Notes: a model not told the origin generated them from the sequence alone. 64,000 nucleotides of DNA from Candidatus Zhuqueibacterota bacterium (GCA_049322915.1 JBMOPW010000020.1:224001-288000), one strand, 5' to 3'. Positions 50,401 to 58,654 are shown, counted from the stretch's first letter. Translations and numbers: made by a program.

Positions 50401-53077
50401 GGATATTGAATTTGAGCTGAGAAAATCGCAGGACGGAAAGAATGAGGCGATGGATGAAAATGAACTGCGGACGCTCGCCCGCGAAAGAACCGTCGCCCTG
50501 CGAATCAGCCTGATGCGCAAAATCAAGTCGATTTATCTCGATCCCTATTTCGATTATTTCGGCCAGGACGATGTGACACGGTGTCGCGAGCCGTACAAAG
50601 TCAACGAGCAGAGCGCAGAGAGGGACTATCGGGAGTTTGGAAATGCCAATACTGATCCCGGCGATGTCTTTCGTTTCTTCGTACGGGTGAAACCGGCGGC
50701 GCTGTACCATTTCATCGAAAATGAACTGCTCCGCGGCGGCAAGCCGCGATTGCTGGAGCACCTGTTCCCGGAGATAACGCCGAATAATTACCGGCAGAAC
50801 GAGACTTTTCTGAACAAGGCAGAGGATTTGTTCATCCTGCAGCACTCGCACAATGTGACGCGGATTCTCTATGTGTCGTCGGTGCTGCCTGATGAATTGG
50901 AAAAGTTCGCCGGCAAGAAGATCGGTCTGAAGCGCATTTCCGAAGCCGATGAGGAATACATTCTGGCGGATGTCCGCGATGAGGATTGCTCCGATTATCT
51001 TAAACTGCTGCGTGATTTCATGCTAGCCCATCCGTTTGAACATCACAAGCATCGCTACGGGGTGCGTAATCATAAAATCGCGGCGGTGATGTCGTGCGGG
51101 AAGAATTTCGCCGTGTGGAAGACAGCCGGCCGCGAAATACCTTGGCAGACGCCGGACGCTCCCAACAATATCATTCACGTGCGATTGGCCACCGGCTCGG
51201 TGGTCGAGCAGATGAATTCGCACCCGTTCGCCAAACTGCACACCGCGCTGACTCACAACGGCGAGACCACCAATTACGAGGCGCTGAAGCAGCGCGTGGA
51301 GCAATTCAATCTATCGCCATTGGCCAGCACCGATACGGAGGTGGCTTCGTTGAAATTTCATCTCACCGCCGATGAATGGGAATACCCGGACTGGGCGTTG
51401 TTCGAAAGTTTCTCGCCTACCACCGGCGATGATTTGCAATTGGTGGACGAAAAGATCAGGCCGCAGTTGGAGCAGGTGCAGCGTGTGGAATTCACCAGTT
51501 CCCCGGATGGCCCGTATCAATACCTGTGCCTGCGCCACAATCCCTACACCCGGGTGACCGAGCGCGTGGATTTGAAAGACCCGGCGGACCTGCGTCCCAA
51601 TGTGACCGCATTCTGGAGCGATCAATCCAACGGCCAACGGCGCGTCTTCAGCATCATCGCTTCGGAAGAACAGGCCATCAACACCATGCTGCGACTGCTG
51701 GATAAAGAGGGCATCATTCAGGGGAGCGTTGCAGATTTGACCTTTGTGAACGCCGGCATGATCAGCCGCTATTGGTACGACGAAGCCAATCGGATCACGG
51801 ATTTCCGTTTCGTCGACCGCTACGGTCGCGCCATTCAACTGGAAAATAGCGGCATGCATCACAGTGTGCGCCAGGGAAAACCGTTGCCGACGCAGGGAAA
51901 AGACACCCATGCTGGCTGGCAGAATCGCTATCAGCAGTTTTTCAGGGACAATCTGGCTGCCATGACGTTCGATGAGTTCCGCTGGCTGCTGCATCAGCAG
52001 TCCAACGAAAACGCGGACAATGCCGCCTTTGCGCGCACCCTGGAAATTTTCACCTGGCTTCGCGATTATCTTCGCACGCTGAATCCCGGAGAAAAGGCGC
52101 AGAGTTCGCTCATCGACATCACGCAGTATTACATCGACGCGCTGCTGGATAGGGCGAAGGAATCGGTTTACAGCAATTATGTCTGGTGCAGCCGGGAGTC
52201 GGCATTGCAATTCAACACGCGGGCTGGCGAGGGCCAGACACTGGTGATCAATGCCGGGAAATTTCTGCCGGAGGGCACAGACCCGGCAGTCTCGCTGACC
52301 GCATTTCTGTCAAAAGCCCACCGCCTGGGCTGGCGCAAATTCATCCTGTACAATACAACAGGTCAGCGGCTCATTTCAACGGCGGCGCTGCACGGAGGTG
52401 ATTCGGACGATGTGGTCATGGATGTGTACGGCTCTGTCGGCGAATACTTTGGCGCGTTCATGCAGGGCGGCATTCTGCGATTGCACGGCAACGCACAGAA
52501 CTTCGCCGCCATGTGCATGCATCACGGCGAATTGTACATTTTTGGCAATGCCGGCAAAGTGTGCGGCTACGCATCCAAAGGCGGCAAGGTCGTTGTTCTC
52601 GGCAATGTCGTGGATCGCTGCTGGACCAACTCGGTGAACGATTCGCGCTGTCAGGATCTGGACGTGATGATTTTGGGTTCCGCGACAAAGTACGCCGGCG
52701 AGTCTCTCATGGGCGGTAAATTTTTCTTTGCCGGACTTCATTTCGATGTGAAAGGCAATTTATGCTTCAACGAGCGGCCCTACCTGGGCACGAAAATGCT
52801 CGGCGGCGCTTCACGCGGCGATTTCATTTTCTTCGATCCTGAAAATCGGCTCATCCACGCGCAGTACGTCCACGGCGCAGAGAAGCAGTTCACCATTGAG
52901 GAATGGCAGGCGTTCAAAGAAAAAGCCAAATCGGTCTTTCGTCTGTCCAATATCCCCATCCACGAGGCCGACGGCGTCGAATCCATTCAGGTGGGTGATC
53001 GCCGATACGACCTCATCCCGGCGCACTTCAAATTTATCGTTCCCAGAGGCGGACTCCGCGGCTATGAGTCCCATTGA
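44426..53077 (+). CDS. Giant multidomain flavo-iron-sulfur protein: FAD-binding (GlcD/D-LDH-like) + 4Fe-4S domains + two glutamate-synthase FMN barrels + class II glutamine amidotransferase + GXGXG domain
   Basis: RGAGT..GG, TIAGWLATGGIG and GSEGQFGII; four CxxCxxC motifs; DTGEGG, SQGAKMGIGGH, SPFPFHNCYSIED, DGPRGGTGA, SGGIR and CDRNRNCHDGC; CGVAAI, RGMDGVG, HVRLAT, SHPF, HNGE and TDTEV; GSVGEYFGAFMQGG. Start at ATG 44426 or TTG 44411. Confidence 0.9.
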   Translation: MQDVTTVRYSNFLKEQSALKRVSEQRNATELLYQSEKFQSNTPVQSLPGWTELRQKLSEASVIFFPNDVQQQTYTADTGTHIVPSIFKRMLVKIKLSFVFRPGCVEDLSVFVKWAYENKIHYTIRGAGTWPFGGCVPINGDVVVDLSYLDFMHVDEREGIFTFGAGVVFPKARKFLQEREFTLKQEITNPGSGTIAGWLATGGIGLGSYKYGHVSNSVRALLVITPAGECITVDRDDANFTSYFGSEGQFGIIAGASMEVRRESYVTKPYAFSFTKFEDAVQFIHMLEKAQLKPTSVIYFSDTYIAETYKIEKRHVEERLNEALDNNDQTRLRETREDRDTIEAMKQYQHVVVIHFDENSDYQFALKSRLFGKSGELRRASHISYLQLPTDLAHIFWDHRFLPVQLKVNGPTVLVSEFVLPLAAFSNFQNTLQKVLARLLNIELKSEAHLLQDGEVLTQAMFLADTRTFRHKLYFSLIPLMTQVGYYFGARPYGIGLWNYPSLRRWRSVNREKADAMMAFKKESDPRGHINQGKFINPRRQTLAFKLFKIITPRFNQWFVATYDKRIQQKKFVLTFPFQKLVWNITRFIFPRMVPPGLKAGEHEPIERMISVCAECDSCERVCPTSDVFGLYGPATPITRRRTAQRLIAGEKISRNEALGFLACTRCDNCTDICPTNINLTQVFDLVEMNPKFNAQLNFRNGEKKEYIDRFWQIMKESPLYIEHTLAVQKEEKSHLAHGLKILYDKGFAYSELYIDPTTCIHCGMCSNENACMYAARESQPRQIPELRHINCALCNACVNFCPQNKIMERTRLYFDKLIHHAVDLEEKRYWTKQQARVHDTTTVQRSTLLTEMADRYVTEEIIMEIDKEASTGKIPVSGSGQGDRHMGIGFDAERFAHFHIVGPAQNRLHEGDPAEELAVILGKREDFCKFDRDGNLVNPVHANIKLMTPILYNAIPLESNGNVELVLIKVAEQQKSLVVIQLERLLEHHQEILKNGGYARLPQVIVPRVGSDLINLLTVHQNTSRDFITDLWRMPVFEVEYHPDIEQTISYIRGCVASSEKVRALISGYLEISEYDLIGSLSLTADIKEKVNHFLDQKVDIVHIRGLRNKDEYFVTSRAVRALHHYLMRIGRRHEVSIIASGGIRLASDTQKTIQRGAEATLIDFAALLALDPSTYRAMIENKSTTEKLLSLDVDWAVKRLLNQAESRKVQILEVLGAAGFKDLKKTVGEEGRLIDFHKLENRIQRTIFENEQLVDEYSTCNEQLIKNETIPETQVRSYSVLKTKLAPMPAPHDFYNLGEVNQVLYKRDFVWPGALIESMGRMAAGDMSMLDFNNVKKTGLLGDGFDVMRILYNKDPMDIHESELNQISTSLLLDKGLILEAPWMFGGKSIGSIGLDTWKAHVTASRELGIQFDTGEGGYPTSFFLNSKGEPLFFTENEIQLIKSYFESGSDYTIEQIQKTLAEKKITEESHPELYKKLKQFPSLKPFRFLVIVDEQDQPFVSTELKTGLFGVTKTTIQKARRVVIAYSQGAKMGIGGHILAQKVNKLVSYMRGVEGIEYTHAEKVEQLYQKLQKIASKNDHPLHELAVANLDIFNAMEDQRTATEAFKNALWQIQEYAYNLHARNAIDPIEFKNILQLCEEIIDYSYSSIISPFPFHNCYSIEDVKAFIDVVRMINPEAVIAIKVSPSIDIEFIATGLGRIARDNTDEILAARFNKTQAGSDPLSVEMAEYTRKYGMKIEIWLDGPRGGTGASPNIIKGQMGMHLEYAIPLIHYRLVKDGLRNYVKFIVSGGIRTFEDVIKAVALGADGVVWGTAPLVAIGCDRNRNCHDGCSRGIATSNLKLQQLRDVAVNTQQIINAFTMIQMQCIRAIAALGFSDIRELRGRFDKIHWLGLKERVDHRYRVRAEVIKEIEKDEQLFEQRMARATGQSNCGVAAINGTTAIPGYILDQTLQSMRNRGMDGVGIAKTLCFPDHPNEYAYRILVKGRLHRDIEFELRKSQDGKNEAMDENELRTLARERTVALRISLMRKIKSIYLDPYFDYFGQDDVTRCREPYKVNEQSAERDYREFGNANTDPGDVFRFFVRVKPAALYHFIENELLRGGKPRLLEHLFPEITPNNYRQNETFLNKAEDLFILQHSHNVTRILYVSSVLPDELEKFAGKKIGLKRISEADEEYILADVRDEDCSDYLKLLRDFMLAHPFEHHKHRYGVRNHKIAAVMSCGKNFAVWKTAGREIPWQTPDAPNNIIHVRLATGSVVEQMNSHPFAKLHTALTHNGETTNYEALKQRVEQFNLSPLASTDTEVASLKFHLTADEWEYPDWALFESFSPTTGDDLQLVDEKIRPQLEQVQRVEFTSSPDGPYQYLCLRHNPYTRVTERVDLKDPADLRPNVTAFWSDQSNGQRRVFSIIASEEQAINTMLRLLDKEGIIQGSVADLTFVNAGMISRYWYDEANRITDFRFVDRYGRAIQLENSGMHHSVRQGKPLPTQGKDTHAGWQNRYQQFFRDNLAAMTFDEFRWLLHQQSNENADNAAFARTLEIFTWLRDYLRTLNPGEKAQSSLIDITQYYIDALLDRAKESVYSNYVWCSRESALQFNTRAGEGQTLVINAGKFLPEGTDPAVSLTAFLSKAHRLGWRKFILYNTTGQRLISTAALHGGDSDDVVMDVYGSVGEYFGAFMQGGILRLHGNAQNFAAMCMHHGELYIFGNAGKVCGYASKGGKVVVLGNVVDRCWTNSVNDSRCQDLDVMILGSATKYAGESLMGGKFFFAGLHFDVKGNLCFNERPYLGTKMLGGASRGDFIFFDPENRLIHAQYVHGAEKQFTIEEWQAFKEKAKSVFRLSNIPIHEADGVESIQVGDRRYDLIPAHFKFIVPRGGLRGYESH

Positions 53078-53147
53078 GATGAACTAAATGCACCCTGCGG
53101 GGTTAAATTATCAGATTAAAATCGACAGACCTCGCAGGTGCCCATTT

Positions 53148-54593
53148 ATGAAAATGACTATCCCGTCAAATATTTCTTTTCTCAAGTACAGCATTCGCAC
53201 GCGACTGATCCTCCTTTTTTTCCTTTCCACCATCATGATTTTTGCTTCCGCCGGCTATTACCTGAACTGGCAGATTCGCGCGACGCTGGACCATGCGCTC
53301 AGTCAAAATGTCGAGGCGATTGCCTCCACGTTTGCCGGGCAAATCGACCCGGGGCTGATCGTTCACATCCAGCCCGGCGACGAAAATTCCCGCACCTATC
53401 GGCATGTGCTGCAGCAGTTCGATCAATTCAAGCGGGTGAAAGGCATCTCCCGGATCTACCTGTTTTTAGCCGATGGCGCCAGTCTTGTCGATTCCGATTC
53501 AACCGTGCGAATTGGCCAGAGATACGCGCAACTGAATTACAGTCAGCAGGAAATGCAGGAGGTATTCTCCGGGCGCACGGCCAGTTCGGTTCTCTTTGCC
53601 GGCGTTGGTGGGCGATTGTACAAGTCCGGGTTCGCTCCCATCTGGCACGGCGACAGAGTACTGGCCGGAATCGCCGTCGAAGCCAGCGCGGAAATGCTGG
53701 AGGCGGTCGACGCCATTCGGAACGATCTGCTGATTCTGGGAGTGGCTGTTGCCATCGGCGCCATTTTCGTCGGCGCTATTTTTGCAAACCGCATCACCAC
53801 GCCGCTGAAGAAATTGCAGCACGCTTCGGAGAAAATAAGTCAGGGCTATTTCTTTCAGCCAATTCCTGATTGCGGCCGGGACGAGGTTGGATTTCTCAGC
53901 AGCACCATGGAACAGATGCGCCAGAATATTTTGATTCGGGATAAGCGCCAGCAGGCCATGCTCGCCGGCGTTGCCCATGAAATTCGGAATCCGCTGGGCG
54001 GCATTGAACTCTGCGCCGGGCTGCTGACCAATGACATCGAAAATCACGGATTGAAAAAATACGCCCAGAAAATCCTCGTGGAAGTGCAGCATCTCAAGTC
54101 CATCATTCAGGGATTTCTGGATTACGCCCGACCCAATCCGGCGGCAAAGCAGTGGACCGACATCCGAGCCGTCTGGGACGAAGTGCAATTTTTGCTGGCC
54201 GGCGAAATGAATGCGGTGACGGTGAGTTTCACGCGCGCGCGCGATGCGGCAACCCTGTTCGTCGATCCCCTGCATCTCAAACAGATATTTTTGAACCTGC
54301 TGAAAAATTCACTGATAGCGGTTGGAACCGATGGAACGATTTTTGTTGAAATACACCGGGCCAACGACGACGTCGAGATCATTTTTTCTGATACCGGCCC
54401 GGGAATACCGGCCGAATTGCAAAGCCAGATTTTCGAGCCATTTTTCACGACGCGCGAAAAGGGCACCGGCCTGGGACTGGCTGTGGTGAAAAATCTCGTG
54501 GAGGAAAATGGGGGCGTGATTCGCTATCAGGAAGGCGAAGGGGGAGGAGCTTGTTTTGTCATCACGTTTCCAATTGAGCTGATGAGAAGATGA
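53148..54593 (+). CDS. Membrane sensor histidine kinase (HAMP-HisKA-HATPase)
   Basis: AGVAHEIRNPLG, NLLKNS, DTGPGI and FEPFFTTREKGTGLGL; two TM segments. Start uncertain (53088, 53148 or 53154). Confidence 0.93.
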   Translation: MKMTIPSNISFLKYSIRTRLILLFFLSTIMIFASAGYYLNWQIRATLDHALSQNVEAIASTFAGQIDPGLIVHIQPGDENSRTYRHVLQQFDQFKRVKGISRIYLFLADGASLVDSDSTVRIGQRYAQLNYSQQEMQEVFSGRTASSVLFAGVGGRLYKSGFAPIWHGDRVLAGIAVEASAEMLEAVDAIRNDLLILGVAVAIGAIFVGAIFANRITTPLKKLQHASEKISQGYFFQPIPDCGRDEVGFLSSTMEQMRQNILIRDKRQQAMLAGVAHEIRNPLGGIELCAGLLTNDIENHGLKKYAQKILVEVQHLKSIIQGFLDYARPNPAAKQWTDIRAVWDEVQFLLAGEMNAVTVSFTRARDAATLFVDPLHLKQIFLNLLKNSLIAVGTDGTIFVEIHRANDDVEIIFSDTGPGIPAELQSQIFEPFFTTREKGTGLGLAVVKNLVEENGGVIRYQEGEGGGACFVITFPIELMRR

Positions 54594-54598
54594 ATGGG

Positions 54599-54937
54599 AA
54601 ATTCCAATTACAAAAAGACAAAAAACAAATATAAATCAATGACCAAATTCGAATAGAAAAATTTATTTTGATTCTCGATACAGGACACTTTTTATATAAT
54701 TGCCTGTTTGATTGAATTGTCATGCCCGAATGGTTCTATCGGGCATCCATTTGAAAATATTTTTCGAGATTCACGCTAAAAACATGCGATTGAAATGAGT
54801 GCCTGTGGTACGGGACTGACAGAACCACCAAACATAATTGAAAAAGTGTCCGGTAGATTGTTATGTTTCAAAGTAAGTGGTTGTGAAATTGGAAATTCGT
54901 ATTTATTTGTAAATTGAATTTTGCTTTTTTGGAATTT
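54599..54937. repeat. Nested palindromic intergenic element
   Basis: Outer inverted heptamer-periodic arms (AAATTCCAA.../...TTGGAATTT), middle GGACACTTTTT/AAAAAGTGTCC and inner hairpin ATGCCCGA-N9-TCGGGCAT (54722-54746). Confidence 0.55.
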
Positions 54938-54999
54938 AGAAGAGTAACAAATTATTTTCGTTGCGCAGTTTTAATGATTTCATCAATGCGGAGTAAAAG

Positions 55000-56382
55000 G
55001 TGCCCGAAATATTGATCGTCGAAGATAACGCCACCATGCGCGAGGCCATGGTTGCCATTGTGGAGCGAATGGGCTATTCCTGCGATCAGGCAGAAAACGG
55101 TCGCGTGGCCCTGGAGCGGTTGGCCGCTAACGCGTATGAGTTTGTCGTGAGCGACTATAAAATGGAAGGCAAAAACGGGCTGGAAATTTTGAACCATATC
55201 AAGGGTACCACCCCGGCGACGGAGGTTCTCATCATCACTGCCTACGGGACAATTGAATTGGCCGTGGACGTGATGAAAGCCGGGGCAGCCGATTTCATCA
55301 CCAAGCCGTTTTCCCACGATGAATTCAGGATGAAGGTGGAGCGCATTTTTCAGCGAATCCAGGAACGAAAAGAGCTGTCCCGCATTTCCGATGAAAATGC
55401 CTACCTGCGTCAGGAACTTGACGAGCAGTTCAATTACGGCGATATCATCGGACAGTCCGACGCCATGCGCAAAGTGTACCAGACCATCGACAAAGTGGCT
55501 CAGACAGATTCGTCGGTGCTGATTTATGGCGAGAGTGGGACCGGGAAGGAATTGGTCGCCCGCGCCATTCACAAAGCCAGCCCGCGGAAGAATAAACCGT
55601 TTGTACGGGTCAATTGCGGCGCGCTGGCCGAGACGTTGCTGGAATCGGAATTGTTCGGTCACGAGCGGGGCGCGTTCTCCGGCGCCATCAAGAGGAAAAA
55701 AGGCCGGTTCGAACTGGCCGATGGCGGCAGTATTTTTCTCGATGAAATCGGGGACATCTCGGCCAACATGCAGTTGAAATTGCTGCGTGTGCTGCAAGAG
55801 AAGGAGTTTGAACGGGTCGGCAGCGAAGAGACAATTCAGGTGGATGTTCGTATTCTCGCTGCGACAAATAAAAACCTTTCGGACCTGGTTCAGCAGGGGA
55901 CGTTCCGCGAAGATCTGTATTACCGGCTGCATATCATTCCCATTTATCTCCCGGCGTTGCGCGAGCGGACGAGCGACATCCCCATCCTGATTGATTTTTT
56001 CCTCGCCAGATTCAGGTCAGAATTCAAGCGACAGCATATCAGCATCAGCCGGGATGCTGTTGAAAAACTTGTGAGCTACCGCTGGCCCGGCAATGTGCGG
56101 GAACTGGAAAACGTCATCGAGCGCGCATTTGTCCTCTGCGATGGCGACGCCATTCGGAGCAGCGATTTGCCGATTCTCACTTCGGAAGAGTCGCACAAAT
56201 TGCCGGCGGATCTGCTGGATCGGTTCCAGCTCAATCTGAACGACACGCTGTACGCGGTTGAAAAGCACCTGCTGGAACGGGCGATGCAGCAGAGCGACGG
56301 GAATAAATCCCAGGCCGCCAAAATTTTAGGCATTAAAACGAATCTGCTGTATTATAAATTAGAAAAATTTGGAATGATTTGA
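55000..56382 (+). CDS. Sigma-54-dependent response regulator (receiver-AAA+-Fis HTH)
   Basis: ILIVED, GESGTGKE, GAFSGA, FLDEIG, FREDLYYRL, WPGNVRELEN and GNKSQAAKILGI. Confidence 0.95.
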   Translation: MPEILIVEDNATMREAMVAIVERMGYSCDQAENGRVALERLAANAYEFVVSDYKMEGKNGLEILNHIKGTTPATEVLIITAYGTIELAVDVMKAGAADFITKPFSHDEFRMKVERIFQRIQERKELSRISDENAYLRQELDEQFNYGDIIGQSDAMRKVYQTIDKVAQTDSSVLIYGESGTGKELVARAIHKASPRKNKPFVRVNCGALAETLLESELFGHERGAFSGAIKRKKGRFELADGGSIFLDEIGDISANMQLKLLRVLQEKEFERVGSEETIQVDVRILAATNKNLSDLVQQGTFREDLYYRLHIIPIYLPALRERTSDIPILIDFFLARFRSEFKRQHISISRDAVEKLVSYRWPGNVRELENVIERAFVLCDGDAIRSSDLPILTSEESHKLPADLLDRFQLNLNDTLYAVEKHLLERAMQQSDGNKSQAAKILGIKTNLLYYKLEKFGMI

Positions 56383-56445
56383 AGGCAATTAGCTCTTGGC
56401 CGTTAGCCAAAAGCTAAAAACTATCACCGAACAACTTGAAATAGA

Positions 56446-57438
56446 ATGTCTATGAAACGTATTTTATTTGGTATAACAATTTTTCTGCTTCTTGGTTCGC
56501 TCATCTTTTCCCAGGAAATGAATGAAGCTGCAATCGAGGCGAAAAATGGTGAATTCGAGATGAGAATCCGTTTGGAGGAGCGCAGTTCAGCCGGCCTGCA
56601 AAAACAGGGCGATTCGCTGGCCGTGATAATTCGGGAGCTGAAAGCGGATAACAGCCTCAACATTTTCGAGCGGCAGCGATTGGAGCGACTGCTCAGAGAA
56701 TCCCAGGCGCTCGATGCTCGTGCGCAGGCGAAGCGGCAGGAATTGGCAAAAACGAAACAGGATTATCAGGTTTTTCTGGGAGAAGCAGTTGCCTGGTTTG
56801 ATGATGAAATCAGGAAGCAGTTAGCGTCCATTCAAAATTTAAAAACACCGCAGCAAGAAAGGCAAAAACGGATTGATGGAATAATTGCATTGAAGGAGAG
56901 GCGAAAGCAATACAGCCAAAAATTGGAGCCGTACGAACTACCGGCGCCGGTGAGTTCAGCCATCGAGATTGGCGAATTCGATTCCTACGACAAGATGATT
57001 CAGAAGGCGGATCTGGTGAAGGACCAGGAGGAAAAAGCCCGCAAGCAATTGGCCGTTCTGAAAGAGCATGCCAAAGAGGCGGAGAATGAACTCAAGCTTC
57101 GAAGCAAAATGAACGAGCTGATTTCAGACACCTATTTGATGGAACACCAGTCGGAAACATTTTTAGCGACTTCGAAGGCGGACAAAGGGCGGATGACAGA
57201 CGCCGAGGAAGGTGTTTACAATTCGGATATTTCAGCCGAATCGGAGATACTAGTCACCATTTTTGATGATTTCCTGAAATTCGATGTCAGCGAAATTTCA
57301 AGCATGGACTTGGAATTTTACCTGAAAAATTTGAATGCGATGATAGCAATGATGGCATTGTCCGCCGATAGCCTGCAACTGAAAGCCGAAAAATTCTATC
57401 GCGCCGCTGAAATGAAACGTGAGGGCAGCAAAAAGTGA
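56446..57438 (+). CDS. Exported coiled-coil hypothetical protein
   Basis: Signal peptide; E/K/Q/R-rich helical heptads. Confidence 0.75.
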   Translation: MSMKRILFGITIFLLLGSLIFSQEMNEAAIEAKNGEFEMRIRLEERSSAGLQKQGDSLAVIIRELKADNSLNIFERQRLERLLRESQALDARAQAKRQELAKTKQDYQVFLGEAVAWFDDEIRKQLASIQNLKTPQQERQKRIDGIIALKERRKQYSQKLEPYELPAPVSSAIEIGEFDSYDKMIQKADLVKDQEEKARKQLAVLKEHAKEAENELKLRSKMNELISDTYLMEHQSETFLATSKADKGRMTDAEEGVYNSDISAESEILVTIFDDFLKFDVSEISSMDLEFYLKNLNAMIAMMALSADSLQLKAEKFYRAAEMKREGSKK

Positions 57439-58508
57439 CCGATCCCCTGAAATCGACACTCATTCAACTATTCATTATCGCAGCGATTTCTCCATCGGTT
57501 ACGTTCGCTCAGGCGGATCAGTCAGCCTGGCTTTTCAAAACGCGCATTCAGCAGGGTTTTGAATACGATAGCAATACGCTCGAGGCCAAAGAAAATTTGG
57601 AAAGCGACGCGCTGTACAAACTCATTCTAAGTACACAGGCAAAAATTTCAGGCAAAGGCTGGTTAGGCCAGTTGCACTATCATGGCGGCTTTCACCGGTA
57701 TTTTTTTTCGCCCTCGGAAAACAAGCTGACCAATGACCTGCAAACCTACTTTGTCCACAATTTAATGAAAAACAGAATCAGCATTGGCGGGCAGGCGCTG
57801 GTTCGGTTCAAGTATTTCCACCATCATGATTGGGAATACAGTCTGTCCAATATCGAGCCATTCATTGCGGCCACAGTTTTTCAAACGCGGTTGGCCATTT
57901 CTTTCAATTTCGAACAGTTGCATTATTTTGAATATGACCAGTTCAATTTTAAAGCGCGCACAATTTCGCTCTCTGCAGGAAAACGGCTGCATGGAAACGT
58001 TCGTCTCCAGCTTAAAGCTGGGCAGCAAACGCGAAATTACGATCGGTTCGCCCTGGTATATAAACCGTTTCTGGATTCAGCGTTGTATTCTAATTTACTT
58101 CAAAAAGATGTTTTCAATTTTGGCGGGTTCGAATTATCCCTGCAAAAGCGGATGTTGTGTTCGATAGAATATGTATTTCAGGACAATGCGTCAAATAGCT
58201 ATGGATTTACCTACACGCAGCATCGGCTGACGGTTTCGGCTGCTGTGCCGTTGAAAAACGGAATGCTGATTCGATTGTTAAGCGGCCTTCAGCGCAAAGA
58301 GTATGCGGAATCCCTGAACCGAATCATCGTCACGGAGTTGGACACCGAACGCGAAAACAGCAATTTTTTCATCATCGATTTCTCCAGGAACCTCTCTTCA
58401 ACGCTGAATCTGTTGGTCCGCGGATCGTGGTTCAATAACGAATCCCCGATTCCCGGCCGCTACTACCAGAAATCTCTGACCTCCATCTGCCTTGAATACT
58501 CGTTCTGA
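57435..58508 (+). CDS. Probable outer-membrane beta-barrel protein
   Basis: Signal peptide, GFEYDSN, alternating aromatic strands and C-terminal LEYSF; GTGA overlap with the previous gene. Confidence 0.75.
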   Translation: MTDPLKSTLIQLFIIAAISPSVTFAQADQSAWLFKTRIQQGFEYDSNTLEAKENLESDALYKLILSTQAKISGKGWLGQLHYHGGFHRYFFSPSENKLTNDLQTYFVHNLMKNRISIGGQALVRFKYFHHHDWEYSLSNIEPFIAATVFQTRLAISFNFEQLHYFEYDQFNFKARTISLSAGKRLHGNVRLQLKAGQQTRNYDRFALVYKPFLDSALYSNLLQKDVFNFGGFELSLQKRMLCSIEYVFQDNASNSYGFTYTQHRLTVSAAVPLKNGMLIRLLSGLQRKEYAESLNRIIVTELDTERENSNFFIIDFSRNLSSTLNLLVRGSWFNNESPIPGRYYQKSLTSICLEYSF

Positions 58509-58546
58509 CTATCAAATATTTGATAGGACTTTCAAAATTCTGATAG
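58507..58546. promoter_or_regulatory. Tandem palindromic upstream activator sites
   Basis: Perfect 18-bp palindrome CTATCAAATATTTGATAG (58509-58526) and variant CTTTCAAAATTCTGATAG (58529-58546), with a 20-bp period. Confidence 0.7.
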
Positions 58547-58638
58547 GTAAACTGGTATTCCATCCCATACGTTTTCAGCCGGGAGCTTCAAACCTGTACA
58601 TAGGAGCCAATTTCATCCCGTCAAAAAAAGTTGCGGCA

Positions 58639-58654
58639 TGGCATACAAGTTGCA
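58639..58654 (+). promoter_or_regulatory. Sigma-54 (-24/-12) promoter
   Basis: TGGCATACAAGTTGCA = GG-N10-GC, about 80 bp upstream of ATG 58734. Confidence 0.82.

Noticed and set aside
47993..52210. Long minus-strand ORFs (373, 190, 222 and 299 aa) inside the giant gene
   Set aside because: Antisense shadows of a codon-biased gene; no recognisable motifs.
54952..55932. 326-aa minus-strand ORF opposite the sigma-54 regulator
   Set aside because: Typical antisense shadow of a conserved AAA+ activator gene.
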